From Bacteroidota bacterium (lineage in GTDB: Bacteria > Bacteroidota > Bacteroidia > Palsa-965): a stretch of 64,000 nucleotides of DNA. The notes under the pieces are model-generated. The model ran no database searches. It was not told the DNA's origin and saw nothing but the letters and a program-made list of their open reading frames with translations. The stretch is from positions 7,536-71,535 of the forward strand of contig JACQAM010000005.1 of the NCBI GenBank assembly GCA_016194975.1. Reading direction: 5' to 3'. Positions 20,753-29,616 of the stretch are shown one piece after another (positions within the stretch are counted from its first letter, which is position 1; the number at the start of each line of letters is the position of its first letter). A program made the position numbers and the translations under genes.

Positions 20753-21754
20753 TTAATTCAGTTCTCCCATTACTTTTTTTACTTCGATCGTGCGGGCACA
20801 TTTAAAATGAATTTCCGGGCACTCTTTGTAACCATGTAATCCGCATGGACGACAGGAAAGTTTTTCTTCTGTTTCTATCACCCGCGAATTATCAGAAAGC
20901 GGGCCAAATCCGAATGCAGGAACGGTGGAACAATAAATGGCGGTGACCGGAGCATTAATTGCAGAAGCGAAATGCATCGGCGCCGAATCGTTCACATAAT
21001 TCATTTTCGCTCCTTTCATCAGCGCTGCTGACTGGAGAAAACTTAATTGTCCGCAGAGATTTGCAATATTATTTCTACAGGAATCTTTCAGAATTTTATC
21101 GCACGGTTTTGAATCAGCAGGCCCGCCAAGAAGAAAAATGCGATACGACGAAGGAATTATTTTTATAAGCTCCACCCATTTTTCTTTGGGCCATTGTTTC
21201 GTGAACCAGACGGAAGTGGGCGCCATGCAAACATATTCACCCGAATTAGTGTGATAAGAAATTATTTGCAGATCGGAGTCAGACGGATACAATTTCGGTT
21301 TTTCTGTTTGCAGATCGGTGAGATGAGCAATAAGATCGAGGTTTCTTCTCACTTCATGCTTGCCACCGGATCCACTATTACCGATCTCATGTTTTATTTT
21401 TTTTGTAAAAAGAAAAGAGAAAGGATTTTTATCGAACCCTATTTTTTCTTTTGCGCCAGAGCATGCAGTAAGAAAACCGGAAGAACCAAAACGATGGAGA
21501 TTGATCACTGCGTCATATTTTTTCTTCCTGATCGCAGAACGTAGGCGAAAAATATTTTTCAGCTTGCCGTTTTTTTTATCGAAGACAAAAACTTCTTTTA
21601 TGAAAGGATGATCTTTGAATAACGATTCATTCCCTTTCTTCACGAGAAAATCTATTTCTGCATCCGGAAAAAAACGGTGTAATTTTTCAGCGACCGGTGT
21701 AGCGAGAACCACATCGCCGGTAAAAGCGGTTTGTATGATGAGAAATTTCTTCAA
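20753..21754 (-). CDS. Glycosyltransferase family 9 (LPS heptosyltransferase-like)
   Basis: IQTAFTGDVVL, TKQWPKE, NDSAPMHFASA, CRPC. TTG start 21754 chosen because the track start overlaps the -7 box. Confidence 0.9.
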   Translation of the reverse strand: MKKFLIIQTAFTGDVVLATPVAEKLHRFFPDAEIDFLVKKGNESLFKDHPFIKEVFVFDKKNGKLKNIFRLRSAIRKKKYDAVINLHRFGSSGFLTACSGAKEKIGFDKNPFSFLFTKKIKHEIGNSGSGGKHEVRRNLDLIAHLTDLQTEKPKLYPSDSDLQIISYHTNSGEYVCMAPTSVWFTKQWPKEKWVELIKIIPSSYRIFLLGGPADSKPCDKILKDSCRNNIANLCGQLSFLQSAALMKGAKMNYVNDSAPMHFASAINAPVTAIYCSTVPAFGFGPLSDNSRVIETEEKLSCRPCGLHGYKECPEIHFKCARTIEVKKVMGELN

Positions 21755-21863
21755 CGGGAACAAAGATACGGGGCAAAAGGCATTTCAGCACATTAAGAAA
21801 AGTTCAGCCGGTTTACTTTTCTCAAATTTATTATTAAATAAATTGCATGGTCCTAAATTTTAA

Positions 21864-23036
21864 TTATTTCGACCAATTATAATTAATGATCTCGGATGTA
21901 GTGCTGCGGTACAACTTTTTTTTGCGGTGGACATATTCTTCGAAGTGATCCGTTCGCTTTTCGCTCAATAAACCGCTTGCTTCATCATATTTTCTTATCT
22001 CGCGTTTTGAAAGCGATTTTTCATTGCCATTTTTACTTTTTACGATGTTGTAAGTCAATGTAGAATCGCATCCTTTCGAATAATAAAATTCAGAATAGCT
22101 TGACGTGTTGGACCCCGGAACTTCACGGTTCTCCGTTTGTAATTTTCCGCTCACCACATCATACGCCACCGACATTTCCATTCCCGGCGACAATTGAAAA
22201 CGTGAACCTGATGCAGAATTATAATACAATCCGTAAAAAACCGGTTTGTGATCCTTGCCCTGCAGATGAACTTCATCCAGCAATATCCATCCTTCTTTCC
22301 CGGCAATATGAAGCAGGTGCCGGCAACTGATGACCTGGCGCGTAGTATCGGTATAGGAATAAATGAGCGTATCAGTACAAAGAACCGCCCCGTTTGTATT
22401 CGCAGAAAAACTTCTCCGGTTCAATTCACCGTGTGCATTGAATTCATAAGTAAAAGTTCCGGACATGGAACCGTACTGCGAATTCCGATCTACCACTACT
22501 CTTCCTTTCGCATCGTACAAACGTGTTTCAGTAGTTGCAGTATCGTGATCTTTTTCCTTGTGAACATTGATAATTGTAGAAATAAGTCCGGAGTTGTTAT
22601 AAATGAATTTTGAAGAATCGATTGAATTTATTTTTCCATTCCGGATAAGAATAAGAAGTTGCGGCTTAAGAGCCGTAAGATAATTTTCAGAATACGTCGT
22701 TACTTCTGCCGAGTCACAGGAATAAGAAACAGATCTGTCCAGCCGGAATTGGTTATCCCATTGCAATGAAGAATGCCAGCAGGAGACTGTATCTTTTCCA
22801 TTCTGTACCGTAAAATATTTTATATCGCAATGATGAATGGTTTTAGAAGGCGACACGGCATACTGAAATGCAGTGTCATTGATATTCCTGAATGCCCGTG
22901 TAAAATATTCGGGTTGAAGATCGAAGACCGGCGATGCATATTTAACGAAGAAGGCAGAATCGCCCGCAGATTGAGCGCACAGAAATTGCGCCGCGAAAAT
23001 CGCAAGAAGGAATATTATTTTCTTATACCGCCACAT
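21864..23036 (-). CDS. Secreted hypothetical protein with YD-like beta-hairpin repeats
   Basis: Signal peptide MWRYKKIIFLLAIFAAQFLCAQ; repeats such as YDAKGRVV, FNAHGELN, YDVVSGKL, YDEASGLL. Confidence 0.6.
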   Translation of the reverse strand: MWRYKKIIFLLAIFAAQFLCAQSAGDSAFFVKYASPVFDLQPEYFTRAFRNINDTAFQYAVSPSKTIHHCDIKYFTVQNGKDTVSCWHSSLQWDNQFRLDRSVSYSCDSAEVTTYSENYLTALKPQLLILIRNGKINSIDSSKFIYNNSGLISTIINVHKEKDHDTATTETRLYDAKGRVVVDRNSQYGSMSGTFTYEFNAHGELNRRSFSANTNGAVLCTDTLIYSYTDTTRQVISCRHLLHIAGKEGWILLDEVHLQGKDHKPVFYGLYYNSASGSRFQLSPGMEMSVAYDVVSGKLQTENREVPGSNTSSYSEFYYSKGCDSTLTYNIVKSKNGNEKSLSKREIRKYDEASGLLSEKRTDHFEEYVHRKKKLYRSTTSEIINYNWSK

Positions 23037-23838
23037 CGTATTCACGCAAAGCATTGTTCAACGAAGTTTTCAGATCGGTGCTTTCTTTTCTTTTCCCAAT
23101 GATGAGAGCGCAGGGAACATGGTATTCTCCCGCAGCGAATTTTTTCGGATAACTTCCCGGTATCACTACACTCCGCGATGGAACGTGTCCTTTGTATTCT
23201 ACCGGTTTTTCAAGAGTAACATCAATGATCTTCGTGGAAGCAGTGAGTACAACATTTGCACCGAGCACCGCTTCTTTACCAATGTGAACTCCTTCCACAA
23301 CAATGCAGCGCGAACCAATGAAACATCCGTCTTCAATTATTACAGGAGCGGCCTGCACCGGTTCAAGAACTCCTCCCACTCCTACTCCACCGCTGAGATG
23401 AACATTTTTTCCGATCTGCGCGCACGAGCCCACGGTCGCCCACGTATCCACCATCGTACCTGCGTCCACATACGCGCCAATGTTCACATACGAAGGCATC
23501 ATGATCACGCCTTTCGCGAGGTACGCGCCGTAGCGTGCGACTGCATGCGGCACCACACGCACACCCAGCTGCGCGTAATTTTTTTTCAACGCCATCTTAT
23601 CATGAAATTCGAGTGGGCCAATTTCCACCGTTTCCATTTTCCGAATGGGAAAATAAAGTATCACTGCTTTCTTCACCCAATCGTTCACGATCCATTTTTC
23701 GCCGGATGGTTGTGCAACGCGCAATTTTCCTTCGTCGAGCAAAGCAATGACTTCCGAAATTTTTTCCTGCGTATTTTTTTCACTGAGAAGTTCCCTGTTG
23801 TTCCAGGCATCTTCAATGATCTTTCTTAGATTTTCCAT
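23023..23838 (-). CDS. dapD: Tetrahydrodipicolinate N-succinyltransferase
   Basis: WVKKAVILYF, RVVPHAVAR, PSYVNIGAYV, VDTWATVGSCAQIG, GGVLEP. Confidence 0.96.
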   Translation of the reverse strand: MENLRKIIEDAWNNRELLSEKNTQEKISEVIALLDEGKLRVAQPSGEKWIVNDWVKKAVILYFPIRKMETVEIGPLEFHDKMALKKNYAQLGVRVVPHAVARYGAYLAKGVIMMPSYVNIGAYVDAGTMVDTWATVGSCAQIGKNVHLSGGVGVGGVLEPVQAAPVIIEDGCFIGSRCIVVEGVHIGKEAVLGANVVLTASTKIIDVTLEKPVEYKGHVPSRSVVIPGSYPKKFAAGEYHVPCALIIGKRKESTDLKTSLNNALREYDVAV

Positions 23839-23943
23839 ACTGCCTGCGAAGATCGGAGATTTTGGATCAATGGTTTTCTTCTCTTGTGAAGATTTATCCC
23901 CCGTTTATGGATTTTTCACTGCCATTCGTCACCCGAATTTCAT

Positions 23944-23951
23944 TAAGTTTG
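23944..23951 (+). promoter_or_regulatory. Bacteroidota housekeeping promoter -7 box TAAGTTTG
   Basis: Exact TAnnTTTG match 11 nt before the tRNA-like element. Confidence 0.65.
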
Positions 23952-23962
23952 CATCCCTCAAA

Positions 23963-24035
23963 AGTAGCCCCTTTTGTCTGGCAGGCACATGGCTCAAATT
24001 CTGACAGTCGGGTTTGATTCCCCCAACCGGATTCT
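23963..24035 (+). ncRNA. Unassigned tRNA-like structured element (T-arm plus imperfect acceptor-like stem)
   Basis: GGG-TTTGATT-CCC T-loop-like arm; AGTAGCC/GGATTCT pairs 5 of 7; central TTGTC/GACAG stem. No foldable D or anticodon arm and no CCA. Confidence 0.35.
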
Positions 24036-24123
24036 AAAGCGATTTTCCTTTTCGTTTTACTTTCTTTTCGTTTTCATTCTGAATTCTGCTTTAGTGCATG
24101 CAAAAGAAATGCGCATCTGATCT

Positions 24124-24534
24124 ATGCCAAGAATAATTGCCATCGATTACGGAACAAAACGCTGCGGCATTGCGGTGAGTGATCCGCTGCGCATAATTGC
24201 CAACGGGCTGACGACCGTACACAGCAAGGATATTATTTCTTTTCTCGAAAACTATTTTTCAGAAGAAGAAACAGATACGATCGTAGTAGGAATGCCGAAA
24301 CGGATGAGTGGCGAAGAAACGCACGCGAGCGCGCCCGTGAAAAATTTTGTGGCTGTGCTGAAAAAGAAATTCCCGGGAATGAAAATTGAATTGGTGGACG
24401 AGCGCTTCACTTCAAAAATTGCGAAACGAGCCATCCTGGAGACAGGAGCAAAAAAGAAAGACCGGCAGAAAAAAGAACTCGTGGATAAAATAAGCGCTGT
24501 GATCATCCTGCAGAGTTACATGGAGTCGTTTTGA
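24124..24534 (+). CDS. ruvX: Holliday junction resolvase-like protein RuvX/YqgF
   Basis: IAIDYGTKRCGIAVSD, VDERFTS, VDKISAVIILQSY. Confidence 0.95.
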   Translation: MPRIIAIDYGTKRCGIAVSDPLRIIANGLTTVHSKDIISFLENYFSEEETDTIVVGMPKRMSGEETHASAPVKNFVAVLKKKFPGMKIELVDERFTSKIAKRAILETGAKKKDRQKKELVDKISAVIILQSYMESF

Positions 24535-24636
24535 TTTTTACGAAAAATCAATTGCTCAATAATTTTACCTGCTGTTTTTTTCTATTCTTAAAGACTCCGT
24601 TGCATTCCACTGCCATTAGCATATTATCTTTGCACT

Positions 24637-25206
24637 ATGATCCTTCCAATTGTTGCATACGGTGATCCTGTTCTGAAAAAAGCCGGTGTCGAGATCGATA
24701 AGAATTATCCCGGTCTGGAAGAACTGATCAGGGATATGTATGATACCATGTACAATGCAAAAGGCGTTGGCCTTGCCGCTCCACAGGTTGGAAAATCAAT
24801 TCGTCTTTTTATCGTGGATGCAAAACCATTTTCAGAAGATGCAGAAACGGAAGAAGAGGTGGCGATGAAAAATTTCAAAGAAGTTTTCATCAACGCGAAG
24901 ATCACGAAAGAAGAAGGTGACCCGTGGAAATTCAACGAAGGTTGCCTGAGCATTCCGAAGATCCGCGAAGATGTGATGCGTAAAAAGAAGATCGAGATCG
25001 AATACCTGGATGCACATTTCAAACGGATGAAAAAAAATTACGAAGGAATTGCAGCCCGTATCATTCTTCACGAATACGATCACATTGAAGGTAAATTATT
25101 CACCGACCGAATCAGTCCATTGCGCAAGCGGCTCATCCAGGGAAAACTGAACGACATTACAAAAGGGAAAGTTGAAGTAGAATACAAAATGAAATTTCCA
25201 AAATAA
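24637..25206 (+). CDS. def: Peptide deformylase
   Basis: GVGLAAPQ, EGCLS, HEYDH. Confidence 0.97.
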   Translation: MILPIVAYGDPVLKKAGVEIDKNYPGLEELIRDMYDTMYNAKGVGLAAPQVGKSIRLFIVDAKPFSEDAETEEEVAMKNFKEVFINAKITKEEGDPWKFNEGCLSIPKIREDVMRKKKIEIEYLDAHFKRMKKNYEGIAARIILHEYDHIEGKLFTDRISPLRKRLIQGKLNDITKGKVEVEYKMKFPK

Positions 25207-25812
25207 ATGATCATGAAAAAATATTTTTCTGTTGCTCTTGTCCTATTGCTGTTCTTTTTCGCTTCTTGCGGAAATTCTGCTGCCGATAAAGCAGCATCCG
25301 ACAGCACAAAAAAAATGGCGTTCCGCGATTCTTTGCTTAAAAATATCAGAACAGCAGAATATGTTTTTAAACCGCACCACGATGCGAGCCAGCGGGAAGT
25401 AACGAATGTCCTGAATGCTTATGCCGCGTTCACCAATAAATTTCCGCAGGATACAGCCACCGCCGAATTTCTCATGCGCGCTTCCTTCAGGGAAATGAAC
25501 ATGATGAATTACAAACAAGCCGCAGAATTTCTAGAAACCATCATCGACCGGCATAAAGATTACAAGCGTTATTCCGATGCCTGCTTCACCGCTGCAAATA
25601 TTTATTCCACCTACCTTCTTACAGTTGAACATGGTGATGATCGTGCAAAACAATTATACAAATACGTGATCGACAATTATCCGAACACGAGCAATGCAAA
25701 ACAGGCGGCGGTACTCATTACTTATGTCGGAATGAGCAACGAACAGATGTTCGACGCCATACAGCGTAAAGCCGACAGCACGGATAAGGCAAATGCAAAA
25801 ATGAAAAAATAG
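25207..25812 (+). CDS. TPR-like lipoprotein
   Basis: Lipobox FFASC; helical repeats (KFPQD..TAEFL, KQLYKYVIDNYPNT); follows def, as is usual in Bacteroidota. Confidence 0.7.
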   Translation: MIMKKYFSVALVLLLFFFASCGNSAADKAASDSTKKMAFRDSLLKNIRTAEYVFKPHHDASQREVTNVLNAYAAFTNKFPQDTATAEFLMRASFREMNMMNYKQAAEFLETIIDRHKDYKRYSDACFTAANIYSTYLLTVEHGDDRAKQLYKYVIDNYPNTSNAKQAAVLITYVGMSNEQMFDAIQRKADSTDKANAKMKK

Positions 25813-25855
25813 CTGTTTTGAAAGTTGTCTTACAATACAACCAAGTAAGCAATGA

Positions 25856-26650
25856 CTAGTTCAGCCCTTTCTCCAGCATCTCCTTCAGCTTATCAGCCGT
25901 AATTCCCGTCTGGATCTCACCGTCTTTCGAAAAAGCAATATCGCCGGTCTGCTCCGAAACAGCAATGGCTATAGCATCGGCATTCTCCGAAATTCCCGCA
26001 GCTGCGCGGTGACGCATACCCAGGTGCGCGGGAAAATCATTATTCTCAGTTACAGGCAAAACGCAGCGCGCAGCAATGATCATATTGTTGGTGATGATTA
26101 TAGCTCCATCATGCAATGGACTGTTCTTATAAAAAATACTTTCGATCATTCGCACCGAAACACGCGCTTCCACCGGATCGCCGGTATCAGAATAGAATCG
26201 CAGATCATTATTGCGCGTGATCACAATAAGAGCGCCGGTCTTTGATTCCGCCATGTTCCGGCATGCTTTCACAATTGCGCCTATATCCGTCGATGCAAGT
26301 TTCGATTCATCTCCCCATCGGAAAATAGAAGAAGAGAATTTCCGGTTTCGCAGAAAATTGCTGGAACCTATGTAAAGAAAAAATCGCCGGAGCTCCTGTT
26401 GAAAAACGATGAGCAGTGCAATGGCGCCGACATCAATAAATTTTTCAAGTACCGAAGAAAATAATTCGAGCCCGAGCATTCCCACGATACGATAGATCGT
26501 ATAAAAAACTGCAACGCCGATAAGAATGTTCATCGCTGCAGTGCCGCGCACAAGGCGATACAACTGGTACAAAAGAAAAGCGACCAGAATAATATCAACA
26601 GCATCCTGCCAGCGGAAGTGAATTAAAACAAGTGCGATCAGCGGATCCAT
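25856..26650 (-). CDS. cdaA: Diadenylate cyclase CdaA/DacA
   Basis: Three N-terminal TM helices, FQQELRRF, PLHDGA, GMRHRAA. Confidence 0.93.
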   Translation of the reverse strand: MDPLIALVLIHFRWQDAVDIILVAFLLYQLYRLVRGTAAMNILIGVAVFYTIYRIVGMLGLELFSSVLEKFIDVGAIALLIVFQQELRRFFLYIGSSNFLRNRKFSSSIFRWGDESKLASTDIGAIVKACRNMAESKTGALIVITRNNDLRFYSDTGDPVEARVSVRMIESIFYKNSPLHDGAIIITNNMIIAARCVLPVTENNDFPAHLGMRHRAAAGISENADAIAIAVSEQTGDIAFSKDGEIQTGITADKLKEMLEKGLN

Positions 26651-26673
26651 CAGTAAAACAAAAGTAACTAAAT

Positions 26674-26792
26674 GGGAGGATTACTGATTTTTGCGGAATA
26701 CAGATTACAGATAAATCCGAATATACCGATTCAATTCTACCGAAAGATTATCCGTACATCTGTTTCCATTCGTAAAAACCAATAATCCTCCC
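26674..26792. repeat. 119-bp imperfect inverted repeat with ACAGATT/ACGGAT units
   Basis: GGGAGGATTA/TAATCCTCCC perfect 10-bp ends; inner ACAGAT/ATCTGT and TACAGATAAATC/GATTATCCGTA stems. Confidence 0.75.
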
Positions 26793-27626
26793 CTAGGAAA
26801 AGAAAGTATCTATCAGTTCAACATGTTCCTTCACATCGTGCACACGCAGAATATTCGCTCCATTTTCCAGAGCAATTTTATTCAGCGCGATCGTTCCTTC
26901 CAGCGCATTTTCTTTTTTCACATTGAAGAATTGTGTCACCATGGATTTTCTCGAGATGCCGGCGAGGATCGGGAAACCGAAAGAAGAAAATTCCTTAAGC
27001 GAATGCAGCAGTTCCAGGTTATGATCAAGCGTTTTTCCGAAACCGAACCCGGGATCAAGAATGATCTTTTTTCCACCTGTTTTTCTGAACATCGGAATTT
27101 TTTCTTCAAAATATTTTTTCACTTCACTCACTACATTTTCATACTGCGGATCTTCCTGCATGTGCGCAGGTGTGCCACGGATATGCATGAGTACATAAGG
27201 CACATCAGCCGACGCAACAACATCATGCATTTTACTATCGAACATTCCACCTGAAATGTCGTTGATGATATCGGCACCATTTTCCAGAACACGCTTTGCA
27301 ATTTCAGAATGGAAAGTGTCGACCGAAATAAAAATGCCGGGCAATTCTTTTTTCACTGCAGGAATAATTTTCTCCAGGCGTTTCCATTCTTCTTCAGCGC
27401 CCGGATCAAGAGAACCCGGCCTTGTAGAAACTGCACCTATGTCAATGATCGCCGCACCTTCTTCCGCCATCTGCATCGCTCTTCTCACTGCAGAAATTTC
27501 ATCCGCATATTTTCCTCCGTCGTAAAATGAATCGGGAGTAACGTTCAATATTCCCATCACACAACGCGAACGAAGCGCAGCATCCACTGTTCCTGTTTCC
27601 GAATGAAAGTGTGTATCTTGCGTCAT
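26793..27626 (-). CDS. folP: Dihydropteroate synthase
   Basis: MGILNVTPDSFYDGG, DIGAVSTRPG, LDPGFGFGK, SRKS, LRVHDV. Confidence 0.96.
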   Translation of the reverse strand: MTQDTHFHSETGTVDAALRSRCVMGILNVTPDSFYDGGKYADEISAVRRAMQMAEEGAAIIDIGAVSTRPGSLDPGAEEEWKRLEKIIPAVKKELPGIFISVDTFHSEIAKRVLENGADIINDISGGMFDSKMHDVVASADVPYVLMHIRGTPAHMQEDPQYENVVSEVKKYFEEKIPMFRKTGGKKIILDPGFGFGKTLDHNLELLHSLKEFSSFGFPILAGISRKSMVTQFFNVKKENALEGTIALNKIALENGANILRVHDVKEHVELIDTFFS

Positions 27627-27638
27627 CAAATTATCAGT

Positions 27639-28181
27639 ATGAAAAATACGTCGGAGCAATACGACGCAATTATAACCAAGTGCCGCGACATCTTCGCCAA
27701 AAAGCTGAAAGATTACGGCACTTCGTGGCGCCTGTTCCGCATTTCTTCCATTACCGACCAGGTTTTCATAAAAGCAAATCGAATCCGCACGATCGAACAG
27801 GCCGGTGAACAGAAGATCAGTGATGATATTCGCGGAGAATATATGAGCATCATTAATTATTCCGTGATCGCACTTATCCAGATGGAATTAAAAAATGATG
27901 AGCGAACAGAATTGCCGGTTGCGGAAACACTTTCACTTTACGAAAAATATTCTGCCGCTGCGAAAGCGCTGATGAACGATAAAAATCATGACTACGGCGA
28001 AGCGTGGAGAGAAATGCGGGTGAGTAGTCTCACTGATCTTATCCTTGTAAAACTACTCAGGATCAAGCAGATAGAGGACAATGACGGACAGACTGTGATC
28101 TCGGAAGGCAGCGATGCTAACTACTTCGATATAATCAATTACGCTATCTTTGCTTTGATCCGCATTGCAGAAGGAAAATAA
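27639..28181 (+). CDS. DUF1599 domain protein
   Basis: Duplicated KLKDYGTSW / KNHDYGEAW motifs with D..NY. Confidence 0.85.
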   Translation: MKNTSEQYDAIITKCRDIFAKKLKDYGTSWRLFRISSITDQVFIKANRIRTIEQAGEQKISDDIRGEYMSIINYSVIALIQMELKNDERTELPVAETLSLYEKYSAAAKALMNDKNHDYGEAWREMRVSSLTDLILVKLLRIKQIEDNDGQTVISEGSDANYFDIINYAIFALIRIAEGK

Positions 28182-28183
28182 TT

Positions 28184-29608
28184 ATGGCGTTCCTGAAAAG
28201 TAAGGTCTTTCGTTTCATCGCTTCATTGGGTCTCGCAGCCCTTTTTTATTTTTTGTGCCCCCCCTGCTTCAGCAAAACAAAACTTCTTCTCGTACTTCTC
28301 GGGCTTGTGCTCATCATCAATTTACCGATGATCTTCGGTTATCGCTGGCTCACGCACGTTACGCGTATTGCTGTGGGAGGACTTTTTATTTTTTCGGGTT
28401 TCATTAAAGCAAATGACCCGCTCGGATTTTCTTACAAGCTCAATGAATATTTCGATGTGTTCGGAAAAGGATTCAGCTGCGAAATGCAGGTAGAAAAAAA
28501 AGCAGAAAAAGGAATTCCGTGTTCCTGCGAAATAAAAAATGTGAACGAACAGGCGCCGGTTGCAACTCCTCCGCTTCCATTGCAAACGAATAAATTCTGG
28601 GGATTTTTTGCCGATCATTCTCTTTTCCTCGCCATTTTCATTTGCGGATTCGAGATCGCAGTAGGAATTTTTCTCCTGCTCGGATTGAAAGTGCGCTGGA
28701 CACTTTTTCTTTTACTGGCCATGATCGTATTCTTTGCGTTTCTCACTTTCTATAGTGCGTGTTGCAATAAAGTACAGAGCTGCGGATGTTTCGGTGATGC
28801 GATCAAACTTACTCCATGGGAATCTTTCTGGAAGGATCTTATTCTTCTCATTCTTATTTCAGTTCTTTTTGTGGGCGAACAGAATATTCAGCCGGTGATA
28901 AAGAACACGATCGCGATGGCGGGAACTGCAGGCGTAGGAATTTTTCTTTCTTTCGCATTTCCTGTTTACACGTATCGTCATTTACCGCTGATCGATTATC
29001 GACCTTTTGCAGTTGGAACCAATCTTTACAAAGCGAGCAAAGAAAAAGATCCGAAAGAAACCGGTTGTGTGCACGACAGTATTGCGATGAGGTTTTTCTA
29101 TAAGAACAAAACATCCGGGCAAGTGAAAGAATTCAAACTTGATAATCTTCCTGATTCCACATGGGATTTCTGTTGCAGGTATGATGATGTGATTCGCAAG
29201 GGAAATTGCGAGCCCACTATTCTTGATTTCAATCTCAATGATCCTGAAAGCGGAATGGTGCTCAATGATTCTTTGCTCCAGCGAAAAGGAATTCAGTTTT
29301 TTCTCGTGATGTACGATCTTTCGCTTACTGATCTTTCTGTTTTCCCTTCGGTGAATAAATTTGCAGCTGAATGTGCGAAAAATAATATTCCATTCAATGG
29401 ATTATCAAGCGGAACGCCCGACCAGGTTGTAAATTTCCGGAAGAACACGAACGCTGATTTTCACATGCTCGCTGTTGACGGCACTGCACTTAAAACAATG
29501 ATACGTTCGAATCCCGGGCTCGTCATGCTGAAAAACGGCATTGTTACCGCTATGTGGAGCGCGAATGATTTCCCGGAATACGCCAATGTAATTTCAAAAT
29601 ACAAGTAA
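28184..29608 (+). CDS. DoxX/MauE-like membrane protein (BT_3928-like) with C-terminal thioredoxin-like domain
   Basis: GFIKANDPLGFSYKLNEYF, CGCFGD, ESFWKD, IRSNPG. Confidence 0.8.
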   Translation: MAFLKSKVFRFIASLGLAALFYFLCPPCFSKTKLLLVLLGLVLIINLPMIFGYRWLTHVTRIAVGGLFIFSGFIKANDPLGFSYKLNEYFDVFGKGFSCEMQVEKKAEKGIPCSCEIKNVNEQAPVATPPLPLQTNKFWGFFADHSLFLAIFICGFEIAVGIFLLLGLKVRWTLFLLLAMIVFFAFLTFYSACCNKVQSCGCFGDAIKLTPWESFWKDLILLILISVLFVGEQNIQPVIKNTIAMAGTAGVGIFLSFAFPVYTYRHLPLIDYRPFAVGTNLYKASKEKDPKETGCVHDSIAMRFFYKNKTSGQVKEFKLDNLPDSTWDFCCRYDDVIRKGNCEPTILDFNLNDPESGMVLNDSLLQRKGIQFFLVMYDLSLTDLSVFPSVNKFAAECAKNNIPFNGLSSGTPDQVVNFRKNTNADFHMLAVDGTALKTMIRSNPGLVMLKNGIVTAMWSANDFPEYANVISKYK

Positions 29609-29616
29609 CCCTAATC

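Noticed and set aside
23119-23829. 236-aa plus-strand ORF
   Set aside because: Antisense shadow of dapD with no recognisable motifs; the same applies to the many 60-190 aa ORFs overlapping called genes.
23963-24035. Canonical tRNA, tRNA-Sec (TCA triplet) or tRNA-Pyl call
   Set aside because: No pairing anticodon stem around CTCAAA, no D-arm, acceptor register is 3 nt off the T-arm, no CCA, and no sel or pyl genes in the window. Kept only as an unassigned element.
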